Positions 28,401 to 40,486 of a stretch of 64,000 bases of DNA are shown piece by piece. The stretch's first letter is position 1. Each line of letters opens with the position of its first letter. Position numbers and translations under genes: made by a program. Source of the DNA: Antedon mediterranea (taxonomy: Eukaryota; Animalia; Echinodermata); assembly GCF_964355755.1 (NCBI RefSeq), contig NC_092675.1, positions 30,848,912-30,912,911 of the forward strand. Direction: 5' to 3'. The notes under the pieces are model-generated. The model ran no database searches. It saw only the letters and a program-made list of their open reading frames with translations, and was not told where the DNA came from.

Positions 28401-30492
28401 GCATACACTCTACTGTAACATGACATAGATTGTGCCTCAAACTACAGTGCATACACTCTACTGTAACATGACATAGATTGTGCCTCAAACTACAGTGCAT
28501 ACACTCTACTGTAACATGACATAGATTGTTCCTCAAACTACAGTGCATACACACTACTGTAACATGACATAGATTGTACAAATGTATGTCAACATTTAAG
28601 CTAGTTTAATGCCATTCTCCTCAATTCAATCATTTTTCAAATAAAAGTCTACAATTTTTGGTAATGCATGTTATTTCATAAATGTCTTTCCTTCATTGCA
28701 TGCCACCAAAATGATTTTAACAATTTTGTTAAAATCATTTTTTTTCTTATGCTAGTGTGGCATATTTGTAACAGGAATCTTCCTATTTGACTGGTATGTA
28801 TTTCTATTGCCAGTGATGTAACCCTCTGTGTGGGCTTAGAATCATATAAACTAGCTTTCTTGAAATTCTATAACAGTGTTGATATGCATGTTGGTTCAAT
28901 GGTAGTGTTTGTTGTTTAGATTTGTGAACACATATCATATTTGCTATACTAGGGTGTGTTGATGACAATAGGTTTTCTCTAAAAGGAGTACAGGTACGTT
29001 TATATAAGGTCATTCTCAATAGATTGTTCGGCTCCTTTGTCCTAGATAGAATTTCATCAAGTGTTCTGGTTTTGTTTAAAAAATCTACATTTGAATCAGA
29101 AACTGTTTTCAAATGTGATGAAGGTTTTCTATTTGGTGTTCATGGTTTTCATTGTCGGCACTTTCATCATCTGTCGTCTCGGAGTCAATCATAAAGATTG
29201 AATTTGTTTAGACGTCTCATGAGTCTCTTTTTTTTTCTCGTTGCTGTAAATTATTTTACCGACTTTAGACTATGAGGAGCGTGAACAATTAATTGCGGAT
29301 CTTCGGAAGAATAGAGAAAGTTGTAAGTGGCTTCACGGCTCTGTTGATTGGCTGAAAATTTTCTTCGTCTTTTCTACCATTTCTAAATAAATTCTTATGA
29401 ATGAATGAATGAATGTGCTGCTTTCCACAGCATTCATTTGTGCAATATAAAATCAGAAATTTGCTTTCTGTACACTACATGTAATATCATACAGAAATCA
29501 ACCATATTTAGTTCTTTCACTTACTACTGCAATAAAGTATTTACATACAGTAGTACAATATCTCTATGTTCATATAAACAAATCTAAAGAAGGGGTAAGG
29601 GTATATTGATTCCAGAAAAGATTACTTTGATATATTACTTTGACAGTACAGACACACTAGTGAAAATAGCTTGGATTTTGATAGATGAAACTAAGTCGGT
29701 TTGCAAAAGTATATGAATCGTTATTGATTTGTCAAACAATTCGATGTTCCATGTATTTTTGACTATTGTACAAGGTTAGTTTTGTGTTTTCCCAAACATT
29801 TGCATCAATATTAATTATATACATTATAGTTGATCAGATAAGGGAATCATAACAATATGTTTATAGTTGCCTCCTCACTGAAAATGAGCATAGGTTGGAC
29901 AAATGTCACACATTATGTTGTTTTTTTAGATTCAGCTCCATCGGCAGACATTGCTTTGAGGCAACCAGGAGATCAAGTCTCAAATATCACAGTTCCACCA
30001 ACTGCTCACCCAGTAAGTACCTAATTGTATGGTAACCCTGTTTAAGAATGTTATTATTTATTTTATTTAACTTATTCAAAATAATGAAAAGGAAGTCGTA
30101 TTGAATGTTTTGATCATAACTGCCTCTCACTATTTGGAGTAAGTTGTATACTATTACACTTGGTGCATCTTGTGTTATTACAGCCCAGTAGTTTTCACTG
30201 ACACTACAGAAATATAATGAAAAAGAGAAGTCTAGTCAAATATTTTCTTTCTTTCTAGACTATGTTAAATTGCTTTACCATGGTTCAATTTTAAGCCAGA
30301 AGTTTTCTGAGCTTTTATTCTACATGTTAAAAGTCACTATTTTATACCTGTTATTTTTCTTTGATTAAATATTTTGTTGTTTAATCTTTGCAGGCTGAAA
30401 GATGGAGGTCAATGATATTCAGCCTTGCTTTGCTGGACATCCTCGTCTGTACCATTGTCATGGTTGTATTCATTATACAAGTTGAAATCTGA
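19470..30492 (+). CDS. FRRS1: FRRS1-like ferric-chelate reductase: signal peptide, two DOMON domains, cytochrome b561
   Basis: Signal exon MIVTMNRLFSLCVLVSLCLIVHSQE; DOMON 1 exons ~20012-21650; DOMON 2 ~22007-23779 (AMGLSQNDQM, PDYH); b561 exons carry all four His ligands (KAHACLMVIGW, VHRINM, AHGIIG, RPFFNYAHRTVG); terminal TM exon 30394-30492 ends TGA. Confidence 0.85.
23440..23582. mobile_element. Harbinger-like MITE with TTA target-site duplication
   Basis: tta|AGCTCTGTCCACACTATCAAA...TTTGATAGTGTAGACAGAGCT|tta; a 3-bp TWA TSD is typical of PIF/Harbinger. Confidence 0.85.
23921..24130 (+). mobile_element. SINE fragment
   Basis: ggcaagatactttac...ctctccacccaggtgtataaatgggtaccc core and gtgctatataaata...(ATT)n tail, typical of invertebrate tRNA-derived SINEs. 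Confidence 0.6.
25310..25835. repeat. 24-bp minisatellite in FRRS1 intron
   Basis: Unit aaatcctgtagcaatactagtgga; produces the spurious repetitive ORFs on both strands. Confidence 0.95.
26188..26705. repeat. 21-bp minisatellite, ~24 copies
   Basis: Unit ggtag(g/a)cctatatcctatatt. Confidence 0.95.
26706..27333 (+). mobile_element. 5'-truncated RTE-clade LINE
   Basis: VEEYKYLGQ...MTYGSETW...TQRAMERKM...KWRWAGHVAR...EWQPR (RTE RT C-terminus), frameshift near 27175, (TAGA)n tail, flanking ATATCCTATA duplication (26696-26705 / 27334-27343). Confidence 0.9.
28213..28590. repeat. 48-bp minisatellite
   Basis: Unit caaactacagtgcatacactctactgtaacatgacatagattgtgcct, about 7 copies. Confidence 0.9.
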
Positions 30493-30667
30493 TCATATTC
30501 ATTATTCTCATCACATTTTTTATTAATCATTATTGTGTTGAATAGCAACTTTTTAGAATGGTCTTAATTGATGTTTATAGGTAGCTTTTGTTTCAGAGAC
30601 GTAGATGATGAAGATGACAATTTTATACAAACAAGCCTAGTATGCATTGCACTGTCTGTCATTCTTA

Positions 30668-30775
30668 AGCTCTGTCTACACTATCAAACTTTGTTTGTGA
30701 TGTGCCCATATATGGACATGATGATGTCATATCACTACCATATTTAGGCACATCACACCTTTTTTTGTCAAAGTG
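30668..30775. mobile_element. Partial Harbinger-like MITE
   Basis: Left TIR and core present; right TIR missing. Confidence 0.7.
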
Positions 30776-30910
30776 GTTCATTCTTCATTGTCTAACATCC
30801 CAAATGAAATTTTCTATTAACTCTCATTAAAGCCTTATCTAAATTGATGGAGCCTCTCTATTTGACTGTTGTTTGTATTATTATAATGTTAGTTTCCTTG
30901 TAGATATAAG

Positions 30911-31097
30911 CAGTGGCGTAACAGCTATGAGTGCTTAGTGGCTAAACCCAGGGGCCTGTAGCTTATGAGCAGTGCCTAGAGGAAAAAACAGGCATTAAAG
31001 TATGTCAAAAAAGGTAAAAACGCCCGAGGCCTCCAGTGTTGGAGGGCCACTTAAGGTTCATAAACCAGGGGCCTCAGACCTCTGCGTTATGCCACTG
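30911..31097. mobile_element. hAT-like MITE
   Basis: TIRs CAGTGGCGTAAC / GTTATGCCACTG; 8-bp TSD gatataag / gctataag (7 of 8 match). Confidence 0.75.
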
Positions 31098-32599
31098 GCT
31101 ATAAGTCCACTTTTGCTGGGGATATATAATAGAGCATTTACTGGGTGTAAGGAATTAGCAATTTTACAGTAATATTTGATAATATGTAGCTGCACTTTGC
31201 ACTGTAGATTATAGTTCTATTTTTATATATAAGTACACACCTTTGTATCAAAATTATATTTGTAAATTTTCTACTGTATTTAATGTGCAATCATTGCTGT
31301 GTGATGAAGAAAAGAAAATAAGTAAATTATGCGTGATGCGATAAGAGGTGAAAACTGGTTACTGTGTAAATACTCTCAGACACGGTAGTTATGTGGAGAA
31401 TGTTACATTTCGTCACAAAGACAACTGAGTGAAAGTAAAGTATACACAACCATGTTGAATGTGTGGTGTTTTTAAATGTTACCAAATATATAATGATACA
31501 GTACTCTATCAAACTTTGTCATTTTATGCAGCCATATTTTATAAAGTGAATATCCAGCCTGTAATTAAAGGAATTAAAAAGGATTAAACTATCATTTTGT
31601 AATCACATACATTACCAATGAACATGTTAGTATGTCATTATGGGACCATGTTAATATTATTCTACTGCAGTTACATAACCTAAATTTGTTTAACAAGCTT
31701 TTTGAGGTCATCATACACAGCGACTGCTTCGACCTTCGACCTATAAATGAACTAATTTATAGTCCATGCTTCTACATTGAAACAATTTAAAATCTAAAAA
31801 TAAAAAAGAATAGAATAATTTTGACTTGATCCCTAAATTTATTCTATTTCAAAACTCTTTAAATAATTTCATCTGGATTCTTTTGATTTAAACGTCTGAT
31901 TTTTTTTTTTTGCTCACTCAACAGTGATTTTAGGTACCCTTACTAACTTCTTGTATTAACTTGTTTTAATTTATTGCTCTAACAATTTAGTTTTATTGAA
32001 TATTTTCATTTGTTTGATTATCTTTACACTGACAATCATACTTAAAATAATAAAACCTTTGAAAATAGTTTGTAATACTGTATGTTTTATCGCACAATAC
32101 ATTTTAATAAGATAAGTACACCAAAACTGTATTTGTATTTTGTTAATGCTTTTGCTAATGAATTTTATATAGTCACCATTAATACATAACATGTACAGTT
32201 TAAGTATGCAGAAACTTCTATACAAATTTAATCTCATTTACATTATAATTATTATTGACATAACCATTAGTTTTGTTATAATTTAATATAATAATAATAT
32301 AAATACGAAAAATAAAGCCACACAAGCACTGTTGTATTTATTATGTTTATTTTAAAATCAAGACAATATATAGAAATAGTTAAAATACAATAATTACAAT
32401 TTTTACATCTATTTACTACATTTATTATTTATTTTGTTGATTGCGTAGATGTTTACCTACTCATTTATAACTAACTTGTACCTGATAACTTTGTTAATTG
32501 GTACTATAAAGATAGGAGGTAGCAAAATTATAACATTTAAATGAAAGATAATCCACAATGTATACTTATTTATTGCCTTTAAATGAACACAAACTGTGT

Positions 32600-35007
32600 C
32601 TAATCAAATTCAACCCCTCTGGCCATCTTCCTCCTGAAAAATAAAATAATAGATGTTGTCTGGGTACCTTCTTAACACTAAGGCGCAGGATTGGTCATAG
32701 CAATAAATAGCAAACAAATAACTCCTTAAGCAACATTCTCAACACACTATAATATATCAGTGAATGATATCAATAGATAAGTCTTTTGGAAGCAAGTAAG
32801 AGTTGATTAATATTTAATTAAATCATTTTTAATAAAGACCAAGTTATTCTGGCATTGATAGAGGATAATTTGGTTTTTGAAATATGAGAACTTGTTCAGT
32901 GGCTCAAAAACAAATACAACATGTTCAACGAGAAAAATGAGTGTGGTGTGGTTGTAAGCAGAGAAATACCCAGACGAGGGTACATATTGACAAGGACAGG
33001 AAATTACTTAAATCGGCACAATAAAATAAACATAAAAAGACTAACTTTTTACTATTTGGATTGATGAGGCTTCTTCCGGGATCTTTAGCAGGTTTATTGA
33101 CAACCAATTGTTTAGTTTCCAAATCAGAAATGTTACTTCCAATTCCATCTTGAAATAAAAACAAAGACAATTTAACTATTACTGTACTAAAAACAATTGA
33201 CAAAAGTTACTGATTCTGTGTAATACACATGTAAGAAGTTTTTTGTTGGTCTGTCTACTCACTATCAAACTTTATGTGACAAAAAATGTGATGTGCCCAT
33301 ATATGGACATGATGATGTAACATCACTACCATATTGAGTACATCACTACTATATATGGGCACATCACACTTTTTTTGTCAAACTAGTTTGATAGTGTAGA
33401 CAGAGCTTTAGGAACGCATTGGCATACGTTATGTTGTTATTTTATTTGTTGATAGATAATCACCTTGCAACTTCTTTGAAGTGTTGCCTACATTCTTCAG
33501 TCTATCTCGATCTTTTTTTAAATCTTGAGGAGAAAAAACATATACATATAGTTATTGACCATTTTGTTATTGACCATCTAGTTATTGGCCATCTAGTTAT
33601 TGACCATCTAGTTTCCAAAAAAAAGCGCCCATGTCTGCAGAACAGAAAAGGACTTATGACTTTTTTAACTCAACAACCAAATCCACTTTTCTTGTTTACT
33701 TCTTGTGAATGTGAGCATTCATTTGTTTCCCTCAAAATTCCCAATGTATAAGTAGAAATAACTTATATTAACCTTTGACCTCCTGCTCTAGCTTATCCAT
33801 TCCAGCTGCTAGGTGAAATAAAATTTCTGTCAAATCAGACTTGCGTCTGCTCACAGTGGCTTCAGTTAATTCATAACATAAACATTTTGTTCCACTTCCC
33901 ACGGTTACCAAGACAACCTCTTCTGATTGCTTTGTTAGTGTTAGTTTGTTTTCATCAAAAGCTGCTTTTAATTGGCTGAAATATTCTTCATTGTTTGCAA
34001 ATCCCGACTCTTCTCTCTAAATAAAGACAAAATCGGCTTTTAAAAACTTTTGCTCTCAGCAAGATGTTCACAAAAATTTAAAAAATAAGGTTATGTGTTG
34101 AGCTATTTTCACAGTCGAGGCAGAGCACACATTACGGTGGTCGCCAGACAAACAGAATTTCTGTCAATAAATAATCAAATTTTAACTTTTATATTTTTAT
34201 AAAAAAAAACAAAGTATAATTTAGAGACTGTTTTTATACAACTAAGTAATCTGAACACAGAATTTAAAATGTTCATTTTTCTATCTAAATCGTCGCCATG
34301 TCCTCCGGGCTGGGAGGGGATGAGAACGATACTTACATGTAAGTTAAGTTCGGATATGTCCAACTGTTGCTGCCATAGGTTAATCCCATTTGTTGCACTA
34401 AAAACAATTTTTTTTAAACAATAACATTAAAAAAAAACTTTCTAGGCCTAGGTAGCTAGACCTAATTTAATTAATATCATAATTCAATTATCACAGCCAA
34501 TAAATGATGACTGACTGCAATAAAATGTGACTAATTAATCTTTGTAAACCGATGTATTATATTTTGTAAAATGTACCTTTTGCCTGAATAAAAAATAATA
34601 AATAATGACACATGATTGATATGTTTAGGAAAGCAAAATGGGATACAGAGGCATTATAGAGGGCGCTAGATAATAGTGTTCTAGAATAGTTAGGCCTAGG
34701 CCTTGAATTGAAAGCTAGAGGGTGTAGCGGACGGATCGCCTGTCGCCCAAGTACTACTTACTAACTTACTAGGCCTAGCTCTATTCTAGAAGTAGGCACG
34801 AAACCTTGTTTTCAACTAGTCTACTGCATTATTTTTTTCTTACTGAAATACCCATTCAAATTGAGTTGATGTGGTAAAACTTAAATATTTTATTCCCTCT
34901 GAGATAATCGTTGATCGCAAATTTGATGCATTGTTTGATTCGACAATCTTTGCTAAAGATTCCATGTTTTTGTTTTTAAAAGACCGCCCTCTATAATTGT
35001 CATTCAT
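32600..35007 (-). CDS. PAXX: PAXX (paralog of XRCC4 and XLF), 6 exons
   Basis: Exons 35007-34844, 34397-34337, 34016-33773, 33523-33464, 33148-33046, 32633-32600 stitch in frame. HATNGINLW resembles head-domain VTDAAELW; a coiled coil follows; C-terminus PGRSLINPNSKKRKMARGVEFD* matches the Ku-binding tail PGESLINPGFKSKKPAGGVDFD. Start may instead be ATG 34965. Confidence 0.85.
33249..33407. mobile_element. Harbinger-like MITE in PAXX intron
   Basis: tctgtctactcactatcaaact ... agtttgatagtgtagacagagct. Confidence 0.8.
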
Positions 35008-35427
35008 GATTTCAACTTTTTTTTTCACGCTGCTGCTCTAGCCCGCTACGTCACACGAGATGACTCATTCATTAGATGAAATCAAGCAGCAGTATAGTAC
35101 TACACTTTGACATTTTTGTTAAAATGGAAACTCGACTTTAATTTATAGGTACCACCTGTTGAATCCAAAAAACGGCTGGGAAAAGAGTCTAATGACAAAT
35201 CCCAAAGCATTTCTGGTATTTATGAGTCCCATGATATTACTATAATTCACTGTCAGATAATCATTGAATTATTATCAAAACAGTCCATTGAAGTTTTTGT
35301 TTGTAATAGGATACTTGAAGTATCTAGGCGTGATGAAGTGACCCCCAGACTTGACATTAGCAATAACAATTAGCGAGCAGCGTTTTTTGTAAGAAATATT
35401 CTGGTCATAATCGGTTTTTTCGCTCTT

Positions 35428-35850
35428 TATTTGATTTGATTTATTCAATATCGGCTCATTACAATTACAACAGAAATACATAAAAATACAAAAAGAAAAA
35501 AAAAAGCCAGGATTGTCAAAAGCGAACCCAATCACTGTTTAAAGACTTTCAGAAATAAAATATAATATAAATGACGAAAAAAAAATCTAAGACGTTATGA
35601 AAAAAAATACAGCAGGGACCAGGTAAAATCAAAAGAAATAGTGTTGGCGAAGACTAGTCTCGAACTCTTGAAACCTGCCAAGGAGAGCAAGCTCACTTAA
35701 TTCAGAGGGAAGACCATTCCAAAGTTTACAGAATCTAGGAAAGAGTGAAGATTGAAAACAGACAGTTCGAGCAAAGGGTGGCCTGAATAGAAGATCAAAT
35801 TTGTGACGAGAAATAGGAGAAAAAAATGAAGAAACATCATTTACTGTTAA
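35428..35850 (-). mobile_element. 5'-truncated CR1/L2-group LINE end
   Basis: Minus strand reads PPFARTVCFQSSLFPRFCKLWNGLP (typical LINE RT C-terminus) followed by aataaa and an (ATCAA)n tail. Confidence 0.7.
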
Positions 35851-36406
35851 TGGAGGTAATTAAACTTATTTATTAGTTATATTAATTATTAATGTAGTTT
35901 ATTTTAGAGTTAGAGGTAATTTTCGGAGGGATGGATTTTCCGGGAGAAGTTTTATATTGTGTAGAGGCACATATTTATATTTACTAATTAATATTAAGAC
36001 ACAACTCCGTCTGGAGCCCAGACTAGGTACTTGTGTGCACGTATCTTAGAAATTATATATTATTAAATCCATGCGTTTCTGTTGTTAATTTTATATTTTA
36101 TACACTAAACAATCACAAAAATATAATTTTGATATTTTTAAAGATATGTTCATGCACTTGGATGTTTTCCAGTCCCACAAGCTTCATTCATTCAATCTTT
36201 TATTTTGGAATCTCTGCTCCATAGAAAGTAAAAATTACATATAAATGAAATAAAATAAACAAGACTAATTACTACTACTCATCTCAGGATGGCATTCCAC
36301 ATGGAGAACATTGTTTATAATCGTTGAGACTAAAACATTTTGGGTGGGGGATGAGTTAGGCAATACTTGGCACGTTAATCAATTTAAATGATCATTTTGA
36401 TGAAAC

Positions 36407-36653
36407 TGTAGTGCCGCTACACAGATGCTTAAGCGGAGCGCGTCGTTCTAAACACCTGGACGCGCTCCGCCGTGCGTATCTTGGAACGTCAAGTACGTTT
36501 GGGACACTTGAGAAGTCGACGACGGAAACTAAACCTATATTATTACTACTCACTTATTATTATCATACAAAGACTATTACAATGGTGAGTATTTTACGTT
36601 GTAGTCTTTTATCGTAGTTAAGGAACTAAACCAAGAGACTAGCAATCTCTTTA
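36407..36653 (+). repeat. 5' LTR
   Basis: Starts TGTAGTG, ends CTCTTTA; direct repeat of 40738-40984. Confidence 0.95.
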
Positions 36654-36654
36654 T

Positions 36655-36667
36655 TGGCGACGAGGAT
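36655..36667 (+). promoter_or_regulatory. Primer-binding site complementary to the tRNA-Ser(GCU) 3' end
   Basis: TGGCGACGAGGAT begins 1 nt after the LTR; it is the reverse complement of ...AUCCUCGUCG-CCA. Confidence 0.8.
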
Positions 36668-38860
36668 TAAAATTAAACGCGATATTTTTCTGGCGAAATA
36701 TGACGCCGAAAATACGCGAATCTGGACGTGCGTTGTTTATTTATTTACATTCAATGTATCGGCCCTCGCCAATTCATCACCGTCTCGAGGATAAGAACGT
36801 GAATGTTTCTTATAAGTTCATGTTCTCTCCGAGAGTTGGGGATGAATAGTAGATTAGGATTTATTATTTTTATTTTTTATATTTAATATTCGACGAATGA
36901 ACGATTGGCCTATACTAGATGAAACTGTAGTATAAGAATATTATTATTCATGCTCGTGACATGAATTTCATGCTTGTGACATGAATGTTCACGCTCGTGA
37001 CGTGAATGGGTTTTGTATGTTAACCCGCTGGACTCGTGATTCCAGAACGAAACGACATGGCCCGTGTTTCATGTCCGATTTCGGAAAATATACGATTAGG
37101 TTAGGCTAGGAAGTATTAGTTATCATATTAGTGGGCCAGTTGTTTACGTCGTTCCTTCACTGGAAGTCGGCAGTGTTGGAAGAATTTATTTATTTATTTT
37201 ATTAGTTTATCAGGAACCGCAAAAATGAATAAAAACTTTGCCTTTTTTGAAAAAAAAAAAAAATTTTTTTTTCATTAGAGGGAAGATGGTTGAGAATGTA
37301 TTTAAGGTATACTGGTCAATTGTATTAGGGTAGGCCTAGGCCTAGATCCTCCGAGTCTTGGGCGATAGTTTTTCGATATTGTTTCAGATCTCATCCAGGT
37401 CTTATTCCATTCGAACAAACTGCCGCGCAGTTCTTGGGCATCATACGATTGGCTAGGCTACAGCAACCAATCAGATCATTGCATTTGCATACTCGCTACC
37501 TGAGAGGGTCGTGCAGCGCGAGCTGTGCATTATCCAGGGAATGAAAATGCAAGCGATGATGACGCGGTTACGTGCGTACTCTGATTGGTTGAGCAATGAA
37601 AGAATTCTATGTACTAATAGTTTCTGATTGGCTATTTTACTTTACGGAAACATCCTATTTTTAGAATACTATTTTTAGGATGTGGATGTGAGTTTTAGTT
37701 ATACGCACGCCGGTATGCTCAGGCGAATGCTCAGAATTCTATTATTACGCGATTATTTACTGTTGGGTTGTAGTTGTTTTAGGAATCAATGAAGTGGACA
37801 TTTATTTGAGATTAGAAAGAATTTATTATTAGCTTACATTGTGATATTGTTCTGTGTGTTCTTTCTAAATGTGCCTACTATATTCATTGGTGACTAATTC
37901 AATCGAAAGATTCCAACGGTAAATTTAGTTCAGTCACAGTATAACTCGGTAATTCTGAACGAGTATACTAGAAGAAGGGCGAGTTTTATGGTAAACTAGT
38001 TCGCTCAATGTAAGAAGACTGAGGGAAATGGTTGGAGGTCGGAACGAGTTCTTGCACGTGATCGGGAGACGTAACATTAGTTGCGGATCTAGATAGCTAT
38101 ATGGCATCAACTACGTGCTTTATTCGGTGTTTGCTTATAACGAAGAAAGCACCGGCTCTGTTAAAAAAAAAAAATAATAATAATGCGCCGACATCGGCGA
38201 AAATCATAAAAGGATAGTACTGACGAGGTCTTTGAAGGGTCTGATCTTGAAGTTAATCCTAATAATCAGGTGACTTCAAAGAATGCGTCGATTAGTTTTA
38301 ACGGGGAGGAGGAGCAGTTATTCCTGACGTTAACTCTGTGTCGAATGTAACCACGGATAGGCGGTTTAATTCCTGTTCCAACTACGGTACTCCTAATGGG
38401 GATATCTGAAATCGCGACTCTCATTATCCGGGCGATGACAACATGCGTTTCGATGAACGAACTGGCGGCGAGTCCAATAGGTTTGTGCCTATGGAACGCG
38501 GTCGAGTTCCTTGGCGATCAATAAATCGCCAAGGGGACGCAAGAGATTGAGAGCCTGAACGACGGTATCCTAAATCGGGGTAGTAGAATGGGAATGTCGC
38601 CACGGGGGTACATCGACGGTAATCGCTATAAACGCTACTCGGACGATGTCGGTCAAGTTCGGACTGATTGTCGAGGTTTCGATTACAATGATCGAGATCG
38701 CGGTAATGAGGACAATACGAACGAGTACGTCCGAAGAGAGAGTAATGGCGGAAGTTTCGGACGTGATCCGCGCTGAGTTCATTATGTGAATAAGGACCAC
38801 TTGCGTGGTTGATACGGTCATAATGAAGAATGGCGAGGTGAGCGTCGGAAAAGACTACCT

Positions 38861-39110
38861 TTCCGCCCTCAGAGAAACCTGGAATTTTTCGGTCAAAATG
38901 ACTGGTACATTTTCTGGGATAGATTTGAGGGGTATGCCTGAATTAGTGGATGGAACCTGGCGGAGAAGAAGGAGGCTTTTCACTTAGGTAAGAAGGGGAA
39001 AGCAGCCATGTACTACTTACGTTGTACATTCTTCACGGCAGTGACATCACAAATAACTCGATAACTAGCTCTGAAGAGATGTTGGAACTCCTCTGGCGGA
39101 AACGATGATC
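38861..39110 (+). pseudogene. Decayed retrotransposon gag remnant
   Basis: LEFFGQNDWYIFWDRFEGYA*ISGWNLAEKKEAFHLGKKGKAAMYY fits the Gypsy gag pattern F.G..DW..F..RFE..A...GW...EK......G.A..YY; contains an in-frame TGA and a downstream frameshift. Confidence 0.7.
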
Positions 39111-39217
39111 ACTATTTTTGTTACAGGCGCCAGAGTTTTCGTCCCAACAATTTGTAATCGAGGGGTAGAAATACTATCTTGTACTAAACTTGTGTTTTGC
39201 CTCTTAATGTTTTACAG

Positions 39218-40446
39218 ATGGATAACTGCACTACTTCCGATCGAGTAACGGTGGAGGAGGAATTGTTCCTGCTGCAGGTGGAAGACTTCCCGCCGTTGGG
39301 CAAACCAGCTGCGAAACGAAAGTCTCCACCTTCACCTACTGGATTGGAAGAAGATGATGTGGCGATGGAGGTCGGGGACCTAGATCCGCCAGTAGTTGAG
39401 GGCAGAGAGACGCCAGAGGTCTTGGCAGGATCGCCGGAGAGGCCAAAGTCCACCTCCATTTTTCGTAAAGAGTTGCTTCCCGCCGCGCCAGCCGTGAAGG
39501 TATGGCGAACTCCGGGAAGTAAGGAGTCGGACTTTGCGTGCCGAGACGTCCGTCTCGTTGGTACGGCGACCAGTGCTGTTCCACCTAGTGCTGGGGCGGT
39601 ACCAAAAGTTAAATCTCAGGGAAAGGCCGACAAACGGTCGAAAGACAACAAAAGACCTCATCCTGAAGGCGGTCAGAGGGAATCGGGTAAGCGGTCACGT
39701 CGGGCATTCCTGTGTCCAGTGGCAGGATGTGGCCGGGTGCCCGAAAACCCAAAACAACACCTGACGCACCACATACCGCCATTCATAACGGAAACATCGC
39801 CGGAGGTATCGTCGACCACCTCATCTCGGCGCTGGAGTTTCATCCAGGAGTTAGTGAAACTCGTTCCGGAGTGCGGCGGGAGTGTCACCAAGGCGGTAGC
39901 ACTTTTCAACGCCGAGGGGAGAATCCAGCCTGGATTCTTCTTCACCAAATCTCTAAGGAAGATGATGGAGTCGATGGGCGAGGCGGCGGGGCTCGAGATG
40001 CCCGAGTCGAACACTCTATCGCCGTTAGTGTCACCGCTGGGTCTGCTCCACACTCGGTGTCTCCTTTTCCTGGTGGCGAGAGCCACTAGGGATAATAAGG
40101 GGGCATTTGTGGAGCTGTGCCAGAGGTATGGTAGGCCTACCTCGGCGGAGCCCAGACGCCGTCGATTTCCTAAGCCAACTGGACCACTACGTCAACGGAC
40201 CGGACCATCATCACGCCAAGCACGGTGGCAACCGAACGTGGAAAACAACATCCATTCACCCACGCCATTGTTATGCCAGTTAAGGCGGGCCGACAGAGTT
40301 GCTCTGCGGTCGGCATTCAATGCCAATCGGGAGGTGGTGGAGCGTTTGGCTCAGCCGGGAAGTGGCCAGCTGAGGGCAGCGGCGGTTAGGATGTTGGAGG
40401 GATTCTTGGAAAACCTCCACTTCCACGCCCAGTTTGCCTATGAATA

Positions 40447-40447
<1 letters not shown>
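39218..40447 (+). CDS. Unknown ~409-aa cargo protein of the LTR element with a CxxxxC...HxxHH zinc-finger-like motif
   Basis: Uninterrupted GC-rich ORF; ATG directly after the acceptor ttttacag; basic NLS-like patches; CPVAGCGRVPENPKQHLTHH; an A-tract of ~32 nt begins 3 nt after the stop. Confidence 0.7.

Positions 40448-40486
<39 letters not shown>

Noticed and set aside
36411-36617. Duplicated 68-aa ORF (also 40742-40948) as a two-copy small gene
   Set aside because: It is the LTR sequence itself, with a GTG start and no coding hallmarks.
39184-40089. Overlapping antisense and alternate-frame ORFs within the cargo gene
   Set aside because: Expected by-products of GC-rich coding sequence; no motifs.
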